From IMG/VR virus record IMGVR_UViG_3300022173_000058, positions 1 through 44,878 of that record: a stretch of DNA of 44,878 nt. One strand, 5' to 3'. This DNA is from a virus (Duplodnaviria; Caudoviricetes). Made by a program: the position numbers and the translations under genes. This document shows, one piece after another, positions 1 through 9,623 of this stretch (within the stretch, counting starts at the first letter, position 1; each line of letters opens with the position of its first letter). The notes beneath the pieces were generated by a model. It had not been told where the DNA came from, made no database searches, and saw nothing but the letters and a program-made list of their open reading frames with translations.

Positions 1-3
1 AGA

Positions 4-129
4 TTTGCTCCATTCGTCGAGCTACTTGCTAATGAATGTAAGAATCTGCTTAAGTCAACAGATGAACTTTACCAAGAGGCTAAAGATCTAGGAATAGGTT
101 GGCATCAAGTTCAAACAGTTCTTTATATT
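4..129. repeat. Terminal direct repeat, left copy (126 bp); probably a circular-assembly overlap
   Basis: Identical to 44750-44875 (TTTGCTCCATTCG...CTTTATATT). Only the outermost 3 nt at each contig end differ. Confidence 0.95.
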
Positions 130-300
130 TTTTATAAACACCCTGAATCCGAGGAATCTTTAGACTATAAGGTGCCAATAGTGGGTAGCTTCGATGAAAC
201 TTTCCGTAAAGTTATTTCTGAAGCCATAGAGAATATTAAAAAACCTTATGTGCGGCTGGGCGGTATTGGCTTTACGGTTGATGATAGCAAATCTAAATGA
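4..300 (+). CDS. 3' part of a 136-aa hypothetical protein spanning the circular junction (starts at 44636)
   Basis: After joining through the repeat the frame is open: MKTMNDFEKQ...RRPEFAPFVELL...GFTVDDSKSK, with TGA at 298-300. Confidence 0.85.
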   Translation, partial: FAPFVELLANECKNLLKSTDELYQEAKDLGIGWHQVQTVLYIFYKHPESEESLDYKVPIVGSFDETFRKVISEAIENIKKPYVRLGGIGFTVDDSKSK

Positions 301-317
301 CTTCCTTGTCTGCACTT

Positions 318-346
318 CCCACAGTGTGTAGTCCTGTGGGTTTTTT
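318..346 (+). terminator. Intrinsic terminator at the convergence of the two transcription arms
   Basis: CCCACAG-N9-CTGTGGG followed by TTTTTT. Confidence 0.75.
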
Positions 347-2225
347 ACACCGTTCTAAAAGAAATTCCGCACAGAGAAAATTCAGTGTTTGCCCCAGCAT
401 CATAATAAACATTTCCGTCTGCATCTATAAAAACAGACCCAAATGCCCCGGCAGCTACGGTGGCAAATTTCTGTCTTGCGGCGGGTCTATATCCAGTAGG
501 CAATACAAAAAGTGATGTTGGGTTTACTGTTGCGCCATCTTTAATAACACCCTGCAAATGAACTAGCCCATACTTATCTTTGTAGTACCCTGCTACAGTT
601 CGCGATCCACCAAAATTAACCCACGAGTTGAGCAGAGTTGGCGCGACAGCTGCCTCAAGAGTAATCGCGTCAGGGTTAATCGTTAGTGTGCCTGCTCCCG
701 CAGAAGTGAATTCCAAAATCTCATTGGTGCTCGTACCCTCTAATGAGATTTCGTAATTGGTGACCCCTTCTTTAAACTCTAAATAGCCATTAAGCCCTGA
801 GCCAGCCAAGCCAACTTGAAGCGCGCTAGTCATTTGACGCGCAGTATAATTTTTGTAAATATCAACATAGCAGGTCTTGTTGATTGAGCTATCAGTCCAT
901 GATGCAGGGCCCAGGTTCATGAACATACCCCATACGTGCTGGTCATCAGCAGTAGGACCAAACTCAAGATCTATTACTGTGTTATTTTCAATGTACCCAC
1001 CCCACCAATAGCAGCTATTATTGTTGACGTAGATGCCGCGACCCGTGTTCCCTTCAGCCCCGATACCAAAATGTTTATTCGCAAAAGTAGAATCTACGCC
1101 GGTATAGTAGCCACCTAAACCTGCGGCTCCAGTACCGTTTGCACGGCAATCGATATCTTTAAAAGTGCAGGAATTCAAATCATTAGGGCGTGATGCGCCA
1201 GCTTTGTTAATATACCCTGTGCCGTCCTCCTTAAATCCCCAGCCTTTATTTCTAAGGCACACAATATCCTCAAAGCTCGAAGTGTTACCAAACTGTGCCC
1301 AGAATCCTGTACTGCGCCCATCCTGCGCTACAACATTCTTCCATTGCGCTCGTGAAGCACATGAAAGAATTAAAGAGTTTGTAGTGCTATAAGCGCCACC
1401 GTCACCTTCAATGGTGAAATCACGTCCGCCTGATCTATCTCCATCAATGCGTATACCTGTGATATTGCCAAGAACTTTAATTATTGTAGTGATGCCTGAA
1501 TTGTTCGGGTCTTCAGTTGCGCCGCAGCCAATGAGGGTAATGGTTTTACCTTGCAGTAAAACATCTTGATAGTCATCACGAAGGGTTTGTGAAATTATCG
1601 TGCGGCCTGCGCCAAGGTAGAGCTTTCCGCCATTATCGGAAAGAGCAAGAATTGCATTAAGGTGCGCCGTAGTATCGTCGGTTACTCCATTGTAAAGAGC
1701 GCCGAACCAGTAGGCCTTAACATAAGTCCCATCAAACTCAGACCTCCACCAGCGCACACCAGAAGTGGCACTATTAATATTTGTGCCGCCATCAGTTGCC
1801 CGGTGCGCTTCTGCACGCGCATCGAACCGACCACCCCCAAGCCCGCCAGAAGTATGCTGCAGCACCTCAACAATTTGGCCAACTTCACCAGGCAAATCCT
1901 CTAACGACTCAAACCCAAGAACTTTAGTTACTGTTTGAAGGTTTGATATTTGTGTAGATACGTTGTCGATAGTCCGTACTGTCGCGCCAGAAAAGTCTTT
2001 GACGACCATTCTCTTTTTTCCAATATATTTAATATTGGCCGATGTTCTGCCTGCAGCATCAAGTGTGTAGGGGTTATCCTGCGGAATTGTCAGCAGCTCA
2101 TCAGAATAAATAGTACTCAGTGTTGTTGATGCAAGATTTACATAAAATGTTAATGTTCCAGCTCCTAGAGGGTCGCCACTTGCGTCTAAAAATTGTTGAT
2201 CCGGGTTGATTACTTCGTTACTCAT
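345..2225 (-). CDS. Tailspike / receptor-binding protein (N-terminal virion-binding domain, pectin-lyase-like beta-helix, C-terminal beta-sandwich)
   Basis: Last gene of the tail module. Contains the WFGALYNGVTDDT beta-helix start motif and Asn/Gly-rich coils. The C-terminus has VHLQG..LFVLPTGYRP, typical of phage RBP head domains. Confidence 0.85.
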   Translation of the reverse strand: MSNEVINPDQQFLDASGDPLGAGTLTFYVNLASTTLSTIYSDELLTIPQDNPYTLDAAGRTSANIKYIGKKRMVVKDFSGATVRTIDNVSTQISNLQTVTKVLGFESLEDLPGEVGQIVEVLQHTSGGLGGGRFDARAEAHRATDGGTNINSATSGVRWWRSEFDGTYVKAYWFGALYNGVTDDTTAHLNAILALSDNGGKLYLGAGRTIISQTLRDDYQDVLLQGKTITLIGCGATEDPNNSGITTIIKVLGNITGIRIDGDRSGGRDFTIEGDGGAYSTTNSLILSCASRAQWKNVVAQDGRSTGFWAQFGNTSSFEDIVCLRNKGWGFKEDGTGYINKAGASRPNDLNSCTFKDIDCRANGTGAAGLGGYYTGVDSTFANKHFGIGAEGNTGRGIYVNNNSCYWWGGYIENNTVIDLEFGPTADDQHVWGMFMNLGPASWTDSSINKTCYVDIYKNYTARQMTSALQVGLAGSGLNGYLEFKEGVTNYEISLEGTSTNEILEFTSAGAGTLTINPDAITLEAAVAPTLLNSWVNFGGSRTVAGYYKDKYGLVHLQGVIKDGATVNPTSLFVLPTGYRPAARQKFATVAAGAFGSVFIDADGNVYYDAGANTEFSLCGISFRTV

Positions 2226-4153
2226 GGCTTGGCCCCATTTTGTTTTGTTGTCTTCGCTGAAGGTTTTTTTGCAGCCTGCCGCTGCAACAATGATTTTATT
2301 GATTTATATGCTTCATCGTCATTTATTCCGCGCAACTTATTAGCACCAGAAGCAGCTGCATCTATAGCCATAGCGGTTACCCCTTTACCGCCCTGAGTAG
2401 CCTCAATAGCATTTTTAACACCCTTTCCAACATCGCCTTGCAGCGACGTTTTCGCGGCTGCACCAAACATTGAATCAAGCTCGTCGGCAAATAAAACCTG
2501 CATCATGATGTCATTTTTATTTGCCATGCCATATTTTTTTGCTACATCATCAACTAGCTGAATAGCATCTATTTGCGCAGCCCTTGATTGAGCATTGCCA
2601 AGCAACCGTCTAGCTGCTGTCCCAAGTGCTGCTCCTGCGTTTTCTCCGAATAGATCTATCTTTCCAACAGAACCCTGAAATGCATCAAGCGCCCCTATAG
2701 TGTCTGCATAGGTTGTGTTGACTCGGTTATATTCTGGGAAATTAATATCCAGCTGATTATCTAAATCTTTACGCAATGACTTAATAACTCTTTCGGCATC
2801 GCCAGTTAGCCCCTCCGAAACCTTCCCATAGCTGACTTGATTGTCTATGTAGCGCTTTAGCCGATGAACGTCATAAGCATCAGGGACTTTTGTTTCTTTC
2901 ATTCTGGAAACAAGATTCCCGATGATTCGCTGCGCACCGTCGGCACCCTCAATATCTGAGTTTTTAAAAATTGGCTTATTGTTTTTAAACCCAATGCCCA
3001 TAGATGAAAGTGTTTCAATAAAATTATCTACAGGTTTTGATATATCAACCTGCTGCCCTTTTAGTGACGCAGCTACAGAATCAAGCTCTTTGCCTGCTGC
3101 GGCATTAACACGCTTAATATGAGTGACCCCTTCAAGTAATGACTTCCCAGCCACGTCTGAGGGGCGATTAGAAGCTGCATATCTTGCGTTTTTCTTCCCT
3201 TGTTGGGAAATATTGACCATTTCAAGCATTTTACGTGAGTTTTCGCTGTCACTAGCTTTTATTGCCGCCACGACCCCATGATCAAAACCCTGCCTTATGC
3301 TTGCTTTTGCGATATCATCACTAACTATTTTTTCACTACCTGATCCTATTAGCTTCTGTATTGATGGCTTAAATTCATCACTTGATATTTTCTCGGTTAG
3401 CTTTTGCACGAATGGCGATGGGTCTCTTTTTTTAATCATAATTTCGGCAAGATCTTTATCGGAACTCCCTGCATTTATCCTACTTATTAAATCTTCAGCT
3501 TTGTTCGCAGATCCTTTAGCTGCTGAGTTGGCGGCCATAAAAAGGCTTGGTGCCGCAAAAGAGCCAATAGCCTCGCCAATTTTTTTGCCAGTCTCGCCAC
3601 CAATAGCCTCGCCAGCTTTGCCGCCAGCAATACCGCCAGCGCCTGAAACTGCACCATAGCCTGCATCCGCAGCTATAGTGCCAGTTCCAATCTGACGCAA
3701 TACACCAGCCCCAACACCCTCAGCCCCGCTCACCAATGATGGAAGAGTTTGTGCTGCTGATCTAAATAGGCCGCCCATACCAACTGCTGATGGAACAACT
3801 TCACCAGCGCCCCTAACAACATCCTTTGTAAGCCCTTGAGGCATAAAATTACCTTCCACACTTGCTGGAGTATCGGCAAGTGCTTCGCGAATGGTCGGAA
3901 CTCTTTTTTCTGACCCGGATATTTGCAAGATATTATTAACTTGGTCGGTTGTCAGGAAGTCCGCAATATTCACAGCGCCACGATTGATTGCGGCTGTTAG
4001 CTCACCAGCTATATTAATTGGCGAAAAACTACCTTGCTCAGCCTGAGGAGCAGCGCCTGTTTGTGGTTGCTGCATAGGTTTAGCCGTAGACATGTCGAAG
4101 CCTTTTTTAACTGGCTGCTCCATAGGCTTTGCGGTTGACATATCAAATGCCAT
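2222..4153 (-). CDS. DNA ejection (internal virion) protein, P22 gp16-like position
   Basis: Ala/Gly-rich helical protein with a duplicated N-terminal FDMSTAKPM; third of three ejection-type genes. Confidence 0.65.
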   Translation of the reverse strand: MAFDMSTAKPMEQPVKKGFDMSTAKPMQQPQTGAAPQAEQGSFSPINIAGELTAAINRGAVNIADFLTTDQVNNILQISGSEKRVPTIREALADTPASVEGNFMPQGLTKDVVRGAGEVVPSAVGMGGLFRSAAQTLPSLVSGAEGVGAGVLRQIGTGTIAADAGYGAVSGAGGIAGGKAGEAIGGETGKKIGEAIGSFAAPSLFMAANSAAKGSANKAEDLISRINAGSSDKDLAEIMIKKRDPSPFVQKLTEKISSDEFKPSIQKLIGSGSEKIVSDDIAKASIRQGFDHGVVAAIKASDSENSRKMLEMVNISQQGKKNARYAASNRPSDVAGKSLLEGVTHIKRVNAAAGKELDSVAASLKGQQVDISKPVDNFIETLSSMGIGFKNNKPIFKNSDIEGADGAQRIIGNLVSRMKETKVPDAYDVHRLKRYIDNQVSYGKVSEGLTGDAERVIKSLRKDLDNQLDINFPEYNRVNTTYADTIGALDAFQGSVGKIDLFGENAGAALGTAARRLLGNAQSRAAQIDAIQLVDDVAKKYGMANKNDIMMQVLFADELDSMFGAAAKTSLQGDVGKGVKNAIEATQGGKGVTAMAIDAAASGANKLRGINDDEAYKSIKSLLQRQAAKKPSAKTTKQNGAKP

Positions 4154-5211
4154 TATTGGACTTCCTCAAATGACCCATCAGGGTAAACAATTGCCTTATT
4201 CCCGGCTGCATCAACATGCATAACACCGCCGGTTTTTTGTGTTGGCTTCGCGCTCATTGAAAACCGGTGCTTCTCTGGCACTTCTTGCAGCATTGAATTA
4301 GTTGCAAGAGCACGGTTTGCAGCCTTTTGCTTCATTACTGCTTCGCTGTCGCCAATGCTTGGGAAGTATTGTTTTTTAGCGTTATCGAATTCTGGAGCAC
4401 TAATAGATGCACCAGACTCCCGACGAAGAACGGCATTAATAAAATCCCGCTGTGATTGCTCTATTTGCTGCTGCTCGTCTGACTGAGCAGTATTCGCCAG
4501 CGCACCCAGTGCGCCGCCGAGCAGAGGAACACCTTCAGCAACAGTTTTTAAATCACTTTTACGCGTAATGCCTTTTGTTGCCATATCATTAATAATTTTA
4601 TCGGCCTCTTGCATCCTCGACCCAAACACAAGCGCCTTCGATTGCGAATCATTCAAAGGTTTTTCGGCGGGGTTTTCTAATTTATTAATCCGCGCATCAT
4701 TGATTTGTGATTGCTCATCAATTCGCCTATTTTGAATGTCGAGTTGCGCTTGTTGATATGGCGTTATTTCATTCCTGCTAGAGTCTTTATTGGCTAGTTG
4801 CGCCTCTTGGAATTTGGTTAGCTTATCGCCAAAAGCAGAAATAAACTGCGCATGAATTTCTGGCGTAAGCGGTGGAGCCTGAATGCCTAACTCTTGAGCG
4901 GTTCTTGCAGCATACGCCGCCGCCTGATCAAATGGCATTTTTGCCGCGTTCTTTGCAATTTCGGTAACTTGCTCTTGCTGCCGCTCTTTCATCTGCTGTT
5001 TCATTGCCTGACCCTGCAATTTTTGCTGCTCATCACGCGCCTTGCCTTGCTGGATTTGTTGCGCAAGCTGAGGGTTTAGTCCTGCAAGCTGACCCATTGC
5101 AGCTTCATCACCCATATAAGCGCTTTCGGCCAATTTTTTTTGCTGGCCGTCATTAATCGCATTGGCCAGCTTATCGATATTTCTTTCAATGAATGGGGTA
5201 TATAGGGCCAT
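4153..5211 (-). CDS. DNA ejection protein, P22 gp20-like position
   Basis: Gln-rich coiled coil with an FINAVLRRESGASIS..EF motif seen in podophage internal proteins; supported by gene order. Confidence 0.65.
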   Translation of the reverse strand: MALYTPFIERNIDKLANAINDGQQKKLAESAYMGDEAAMGQLAGLNPQLAQQIQQGKARDEQQKLQGQAMKQQMKERQQEQVTEIAKNAAKMPFDQAAAYAARTAQELGIQAPPLTPEIHAQFISAFGDKLTKFQEAQLANKDSSRNEITPYQQAQLDIQNRRIDEQSQINDARINKLENPAEKPLNDSQSKALVFGSRMQEADKIINDMATKGITRKSDLKTVAEGVPLLGGALGALANTAQSDEQQQIEQSQRDFINAVLRRESGASISAPEFDNAKKQYFPSIGDSEAVMKQKAANRALATNSMLQEVPEKHRFSMSAKPTQKTGGVMHVDAAGNKAIVYPDGSFEEVQ

Positions 5212-6281
5212 TACACTTGTCCTGACGCTGTTGGCAGCGTGTTATAAGCTTGATTGTTGGCTGGTGCAGCGGTGCCAACTTTAGATTGCTGCGGTCTATT
5301 CATGTAGGCTGTAAAAGCACTAGTTAGACCACCAACCATGTCGGCATTAGCCGCATTACTATCAGCTGTGCCCATCATATTTAATGCATTAATGCCCTGA
5401 GTTGCTGCGATGTTTTGCTGACCGATATTGCCAGCCTGACCAATCCCAATATTTGACAAATTAGTAGCAGTGGAGGGGTTGGCCATGTTTTGAAGCATGT
5501 TCATGTAGTTTGAATAGAAGCTTTGTTGGACGCCTTGCCCGACATCTTTTAAAGCGGTTCCGCGCGCGCCAGAATAAAGGCCGCCATCGTTCGCTGCGCC
5601 TTGGTTCACGGCATTAACGCCAGCATCAATAGCGCCTTTGTATGCCGGGGTATTCATATACGCAGTGCCTGGCTGGGTATCTTGCGCATTAGGCGAGTAG
5701 CCATCTATTGCGGCCTGCTCATCAGCGATTTGCTTTTGCAGGTTTGCAATAGCGGTGGCGTTATCAATTGGCTTGCCATCCGGGCCAAGCTGGGACTTGC
5801 CACCGCTCATTAAAAATTTAGTTCCAGATAGGCTGGCTTTGGCTCCGGTGATAGGGTTGGCTAAAGTGCTGAGATCTTCGACGCCGCTCACTTTTTGAAT
5901 TGCGCCAAGCAAACCACCTTTTTTCTTTTTCTTTTTCTTTGCGACTGCCGCCTGTGATTCTACTTCCTGGCTTTGAAGTGCTGCCAGCTGCTCTTGAAGC
6001 GAAGCAAGATTGCTTACTCTGTCTTTTTGCTCAGCTGCTGCCATTTGACCGCCGAGCCCCAATTCATTCATTAGTTGGCGATTGGCAACGCTTGAAGAAA
6101 GTAAGTAGGGTGATAACGTTTTTTGCGCATCGGCGTATCTCTGCTCGCTCAAGGCTTGCGCCTCCTGCTGCGCAGCAGATAATTTTTTACCGGCCTTGTC
6201 GGTTGCCTTTGATGCTTTATCTGCATTCACGGCGCCGCCTATAACCGTGACAGCAGCGGCGCCTACTGCATACCAAGTCAT
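5211..6281 (-). CDS. DNA ejection protein, P22 gp7-like
   Basis: Hydrophobic Gly/Ala N-terminus followed by KASKA...AQQEA...LSPYL, and a GGLYSG.RG.AL motif typical of gp7-like proteins. Confidence 0.75.
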   Translation of the reverse strand: MTWYAVGAAAVTVIGGAVNADKASKATDKAGKKLSAAQQEAQALSEQRYADAQKTLSPYLLSSSVANRQLMNELGLGGQMAAAEQKDRVSNLASLQEQLAALQSQEVESQAAVAKKKKKKKGGLLGAIQKVSGVEDLSTLANPITGAKASLSGTKFLMSGGKSQLGPDGKPIDNATAIANLQKQIADEQAAIDGYSPNAQDTQPGTAYMNTPAYKGAIDAGVNAVNQGAANDGGLYSGARGTALKDVGQGVQQSFYSNYMNMLQNMANPSTATNLSNIGIGQAGNIGQQNIAATQGINALNMMGTADSNAANADMVGGLTSAFTAYMNRPQQSKVGTAAPANNQAYNTLPTASGQV

Positions 6282-6724
6282 TGCACACCCCCGAGCGATT
6301 TACGAAACGAGGTTAAAAAATCCACATATTCAGAAAATGGCATGATTATTTCTTCCTCAATTTTCTGTAAATCGGTTTGATTGGTAAGGTGGTAGGTTGT
6401 CCAGCAAGTATCTTCAAGCGCATGCACAACTCGCTGAACTCCTGCGGGAGATACTAATGTTTTATGCCCTATATGCCGCTCAGCGCCAGCGAAGGTAGCA
6501 ACGCAAATATCGCCATAAGCAATAGTGTTTAAGTGTGAATGCTTATGAACCTTGCCAACTATAGTGGCACCTTTCGGGATAAACATTTCACGCGCGTACA
6601 TGCCGGGGGCGAAGTGGTGCTTAACTGGATATTCTGTTATTGATTCGGACGGGAAGGACATCATCTCAAGCATGAGACGAAGAATGTTATCGGCGCTGTT
6701 TATTTCATGAATTGCAATATTCAT
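6278..6724 (-). CDS. Cupin-fold phage protein
   Basis: HHFAPGMYAREMFIPKG..VGKVHKHSH and SPAGVQRVVHALEDT cupin-like motifs. Confidence 0.7.
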   Translation of the reverse strand: MNIAIHEINSADNILRLMLEMMSFPSESITEYPVKHHFAPGMYAREMFIPKGATIVGKVHKHSHLNTIAYGDICVATFAGAERHIGHKTLVSPAGVQRVVHALEDTCWTTYHLTNQTDLQKIEEEIIMPFSEYVDFLTSFRKSLGGVQ

Positions 6725-8136
6725 ATCATGTCGCTCATTGGCATTTCTATGCCGTAAATTTGCATTCTTACCGGATCAGTGACGACCAGTTCGAGTGCAA
6801 AATCTTTATGCCTAACCAGTCTGCCAAAATTCCTAAGCACTACGCGTTTACGATAATTACCCTGCGTGCCCAGCGAAATATCGGAGTGATTAATCCAATT
6901 ATACCCGCCATCCTTTGTATATCTTACCATTAATTGAGGCGACACTGTTGGGTCTTCAATCTGCCCAACTTCCATGTCAATCTCAATTAATGGGATAGTA
7001 ATATCATAAGCAAAACTTATTCCGGTCGTTCTGAGTGTGGATCTAAGTGTTAGCCCGCCTTCTGTTTTTGCGGCAGGGTCCAGGGTCCACAACGATGATG
7101 ATAATGAATCGCCAGCAATGATCTTCCCGTTAAAAATAGAGGCGGAATTGATGCGCCAAAACCCGAACCCGTCCGACTCTCGCACATGAGATAACCCGGT
7201 GCTTAAGTCGTATCCCCACGTATACCCTTCTGACGGAAATGAAATGTAGTAAATTTTATGCGTTGGAGAGTCAACGAAAAACCCGATAGCGTCACTTGTT
7301 GTTGTGAATCCTGGGCATGTTGCAGTTCCGTTGCCGCGCAACTTTAAATTAAAACTCAAATCAGAAATGATCGTATTGGTGTTGCCGCTAATCAATCTGA
7401 CGGTTAAGTCATCAGCAAGAAATGCAAAATATTCACCAGATTCGGCTAGTGAGCTTTTCGCCTGGATACCCCTTTCAATTGTTGACCCCCTCACTTTTCT
7501 AATCGGCAGGACAACATCATCAAAGCTTTGCCAAAACTCCATAGTTTGGCTTCCTATAATCCAGAGTGATGATTTTTTGGCTACGATTGATTTGCCAAAG
7601 TCTGGCGACTCTTCCGCGCTCGCGAAAGAAAGCGGGTTATAGCTAAATCCATCTGAGACATCTGATGCGAAAAACTCATTTGTACCGTCACGAATAAACC
7701 AAAACCTCTCGTTTAGCACTGTCCCTGATGTGGTGTAAAAAAAATCTGAATCTGTGATTTTTGTTAAACCAGAGTTGTTATAAATGTAGCCATCGCCAGC
7801 ACCATTCAAAAATAATATTTGGTTATTGTCTGGCACTGAGTTTGATAGAACTTGACCGAACCCTTCGCCACCAACAACCCCAAGGCTTTGACTTACGCCT
7901 ATGCCACTTACTCTGTAGGCCTTGTTCCCACTTATAAAATAGGCATACCCGCCATTGACAAGAATATTAGATCTTGCGGCACCAAATGCCTGAGAGAATA
8001 GAGTCAACCCGTCACACCGCTTAACGGTGCTGTAGTTTTGGTTTTGGTCAGCTTCGGCAATCATATTAATGATCATGCCTCGACTTTTCTTACTGTCGAA
8101 GTTGGCACCGCTGCCGCCCAATGGAATGCTAGCCAC
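6721..8136 (-). CDS. Tail hub / packaged-DNA stabilization protein, P22 gp10-like
   Basis: FASAEESPD, RYTKDGGYNW and G.QGNYRKRV motifs. Likely GTG start at 8136 rather than 8193, overlapping the upstream stop. Confidence 0.8.
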   Translation of the reverse strand: MASIPLGGSGANFDSKKSRGMIINMIAEADQNQNYSTVKRCDGLTLFSQAFGAARSNILVNGGYAYFISGNKAYRVSGIGVSQSLGVVGGEGFGQVLSNSVPDNNQILFLNGAGDGYIYNNSGLTKITDSDFFYTTSGTVLNERFWFIRDGTNEFFASDVSDGFSYNPLSFASAEESPDFGKSIVAKKSSLWIIGSQTMEFWQSFDDVVLPIRKVRGSTIERGIQAKSSLAESGEYFAFLADDLTVRLISGNTNTIISDLSFNLKLRGNGTATCPGFTTTSDAIGFFVDSPTHKIYYISFPSEGYTWGYDLSTGLSHVRESDGFGFWRINSASIFNGKIIAGDSLSSSLWTLDPAAKTEGGLTLRSTLRTTGISFAYDITIPLIEIDMEVGQIEDPTVSPQLMVRYTKDGGYNWINHSDISLGTQGNYRKRVVLRNFGRLVRHKDFALELVVTDPVRMQIYGIEMPMSDMI

Positions 8137-9058
8137 GATTAACCACCAGTCGAATAGGAAACATGTCTGTGTCAAAGCTAAGCGCCAGGTCAAGCGATTC
8201 TTTAGCCATTTGCTGAATCATTGCTGCACGACCTTGAGAGCAGCCGAATTTTGGGATTAGGCGCAATGCCAAGTTATAAATAAATGCCTCGAACCAATAA
8301 TCAGGAATATCAAATGAATCAGTGCCCAGATTAATAACTTGAATAGGGCGCTCATACGTGAAATTAATCACATATTCAGATGTCGATGGAACTGGCCACA
8401 AATACATGACGCCTGGGTCGCGCTGTCTTGAGAAATAGGCCTGTATTGGGCTGCCAGTGCTTGATTTATCAGGAAACTGGAAATAATCTTTTCTAGATTC
8501 GAACGCTATCGGAATTTCATATGTGCTGGAATCTCTGCGGCGAACATCTAAAATTCGCTCAACTGGAATAAATGATGCGGCCGCGTAAGTCCTGACATGA
8601 GAACCCGAAGCGGCTGCAGTTGGCAATGCATCGGTTATTGTCACAGTAGTTGGCGTTTTTGAAACAACAGTTGACCAGTGCGTCACGTCAGAATCCAAAA
8701 CAACGCCAATAATATTGGTTGCTGCCATGTTTGATGTGTCGGCACAACTTAAAATAGTTTGCCCGGCCGCCTCAGCTGCGGATAAGGTAGTTTCGTACCA
8801 TGTATTGGCCAGTTTGGCGGTCGAGAAATTGTACTCGGCCTGGCCTTTAACAGTAAAAAGCGCACCTTCTTGCATGGTCCACAAGTGAATTCCTTGCCCG
8901 GTCCACGCTTTTAACATAAAATTTGCGGTTTTCCTTGTTCTGACAAGTGAATCACCGGATAGCGTTTCACCATCCTGCCCAATTTGAAGAAGATCAAGCG
9001 CTTCTTCAGCGATGTCATTAAAGTTAACCGTTAGCCGGTATGTTCCTGAAGTTGTCAT
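8129..9058 (-). CDS. Head-tail adaptor, P22 gp4-like, with an inserted beta domain
   Basis: IAEEALDLLQIG..GETLS, YLWPVP and IPDYWFEAFIYNLALRL motifs. Confidence 0.75.
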   Translation of the reverse strand: MTTSGTYRLTVNFNDIAEEALDLLQIGQDGETLSGDSLVRTRKTANFMLKAWTGQGIHLWTMQEGALFTVKGQAEYNFSTAKLANTWYETTLSAAEAAGQTILSCADTSNMAATNIIGVVLDSDVTHWSTVVSKTPTTVTITDALPTAAASGSHVRTYAAASFIPVERILDVRRRDSSTYEIPIAFESRKDYFQFPDKSSTGSPIQAYFSRQRDPGVMYLWPVPSTSEYVINFTYERPIQVINLGTDSFDIPDYWFEAFIYNLALRLIPKFGCSQGRAAMIQQMAKESLDLALSFDTDMFPIRLVVNRG

Positions 9059-9291
9059 ACTGGCTCCGGTGGCGTGATCGTGCTTTCGTCGTAATATTGT
9101 TCTGTGCGTGACTCTTTATGCACAACAGGCTTGATAATGTTTGGCGCAAAGTCTTGTGGGTTACGCAATGAGTTTGCTTCCGGGATAACTCTAAACCCGT
9201 CCCATGTAGTGACGGTTTCACTTAGCTTTACCTTAAACCCGGTTCGGTCGCAAATCGTATTGCATGTGCCAGCTACAAAATGATTTTTCAT
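9055..9291 (-). CDS. Small conserved phage protein (CDRTGFK...RNPQDF)
   Basis: Translationally coupled within the structural operon; the motif is recurrent in podophages. Confidence 0.6.
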   Translation of the reverse strand: MKNHFVAGTCNTICDRTGFKVKLSETVTTWDGFRVIPEANSLRNPQDFAPNIIKPVVHKESRTEQYYDESTITPPEPV

Positions 9292-9623
9292 GATATTGCA
9301 TCCCCCGACACGTTAACGTGAATAACTCCATCAACAGAAGGTACGGCAAACAAGCTGCCAGAATTTCCTATGTTCTGCCCAGTAACCTCCAAGCAAATCC
9401 ATGTTGCACCGGGGGCTATTTGTTTTTTAGCCTTTAGTGCGCCGGGGCTGCTAGTGTTTTCTGCGCTTCTCAAATAATAAACAGTAACAGTAACCACAGC
9501 GCTGTGAGCATTATAAAAAGTGCAATGCGTAACCCTTGTTACTGCTGAGATGCTTGAAGAAGCTATTGACTCCCCAGCGATAGCGAGCGTGTCATGACCA
9601 ATATCAGATACAGTTAATGTCAT
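9288..9623 (-). CDS. Putative virion protein (beta-sandwich)
   Basis: Coupled start/stop, beta-rich composition, structural operon. Confidence 0.55.
   Translation of the reverse strand: MTLTVSDIGHDTLAIAGESIASSSISAVTRVTHCTFYNAHSAVVTVTVYYLRSAENTSSPGALKAKKQIAPGATWICLEVTGQNIGNSGSLFAVPSVDGVIHVNVSGDAIS

Noticed and set aside
345-2225. Diversity-generating retroelement or invertible tail-fibre cassette
   Set aside because: No template repeat, reverse transcriptase or invertase was seen.
8910-8935. dif/XerD arm TTTAACATAA (also near 9890)
   Set aside because: Lies within coding sequence with no correctly spaced XerC arm.
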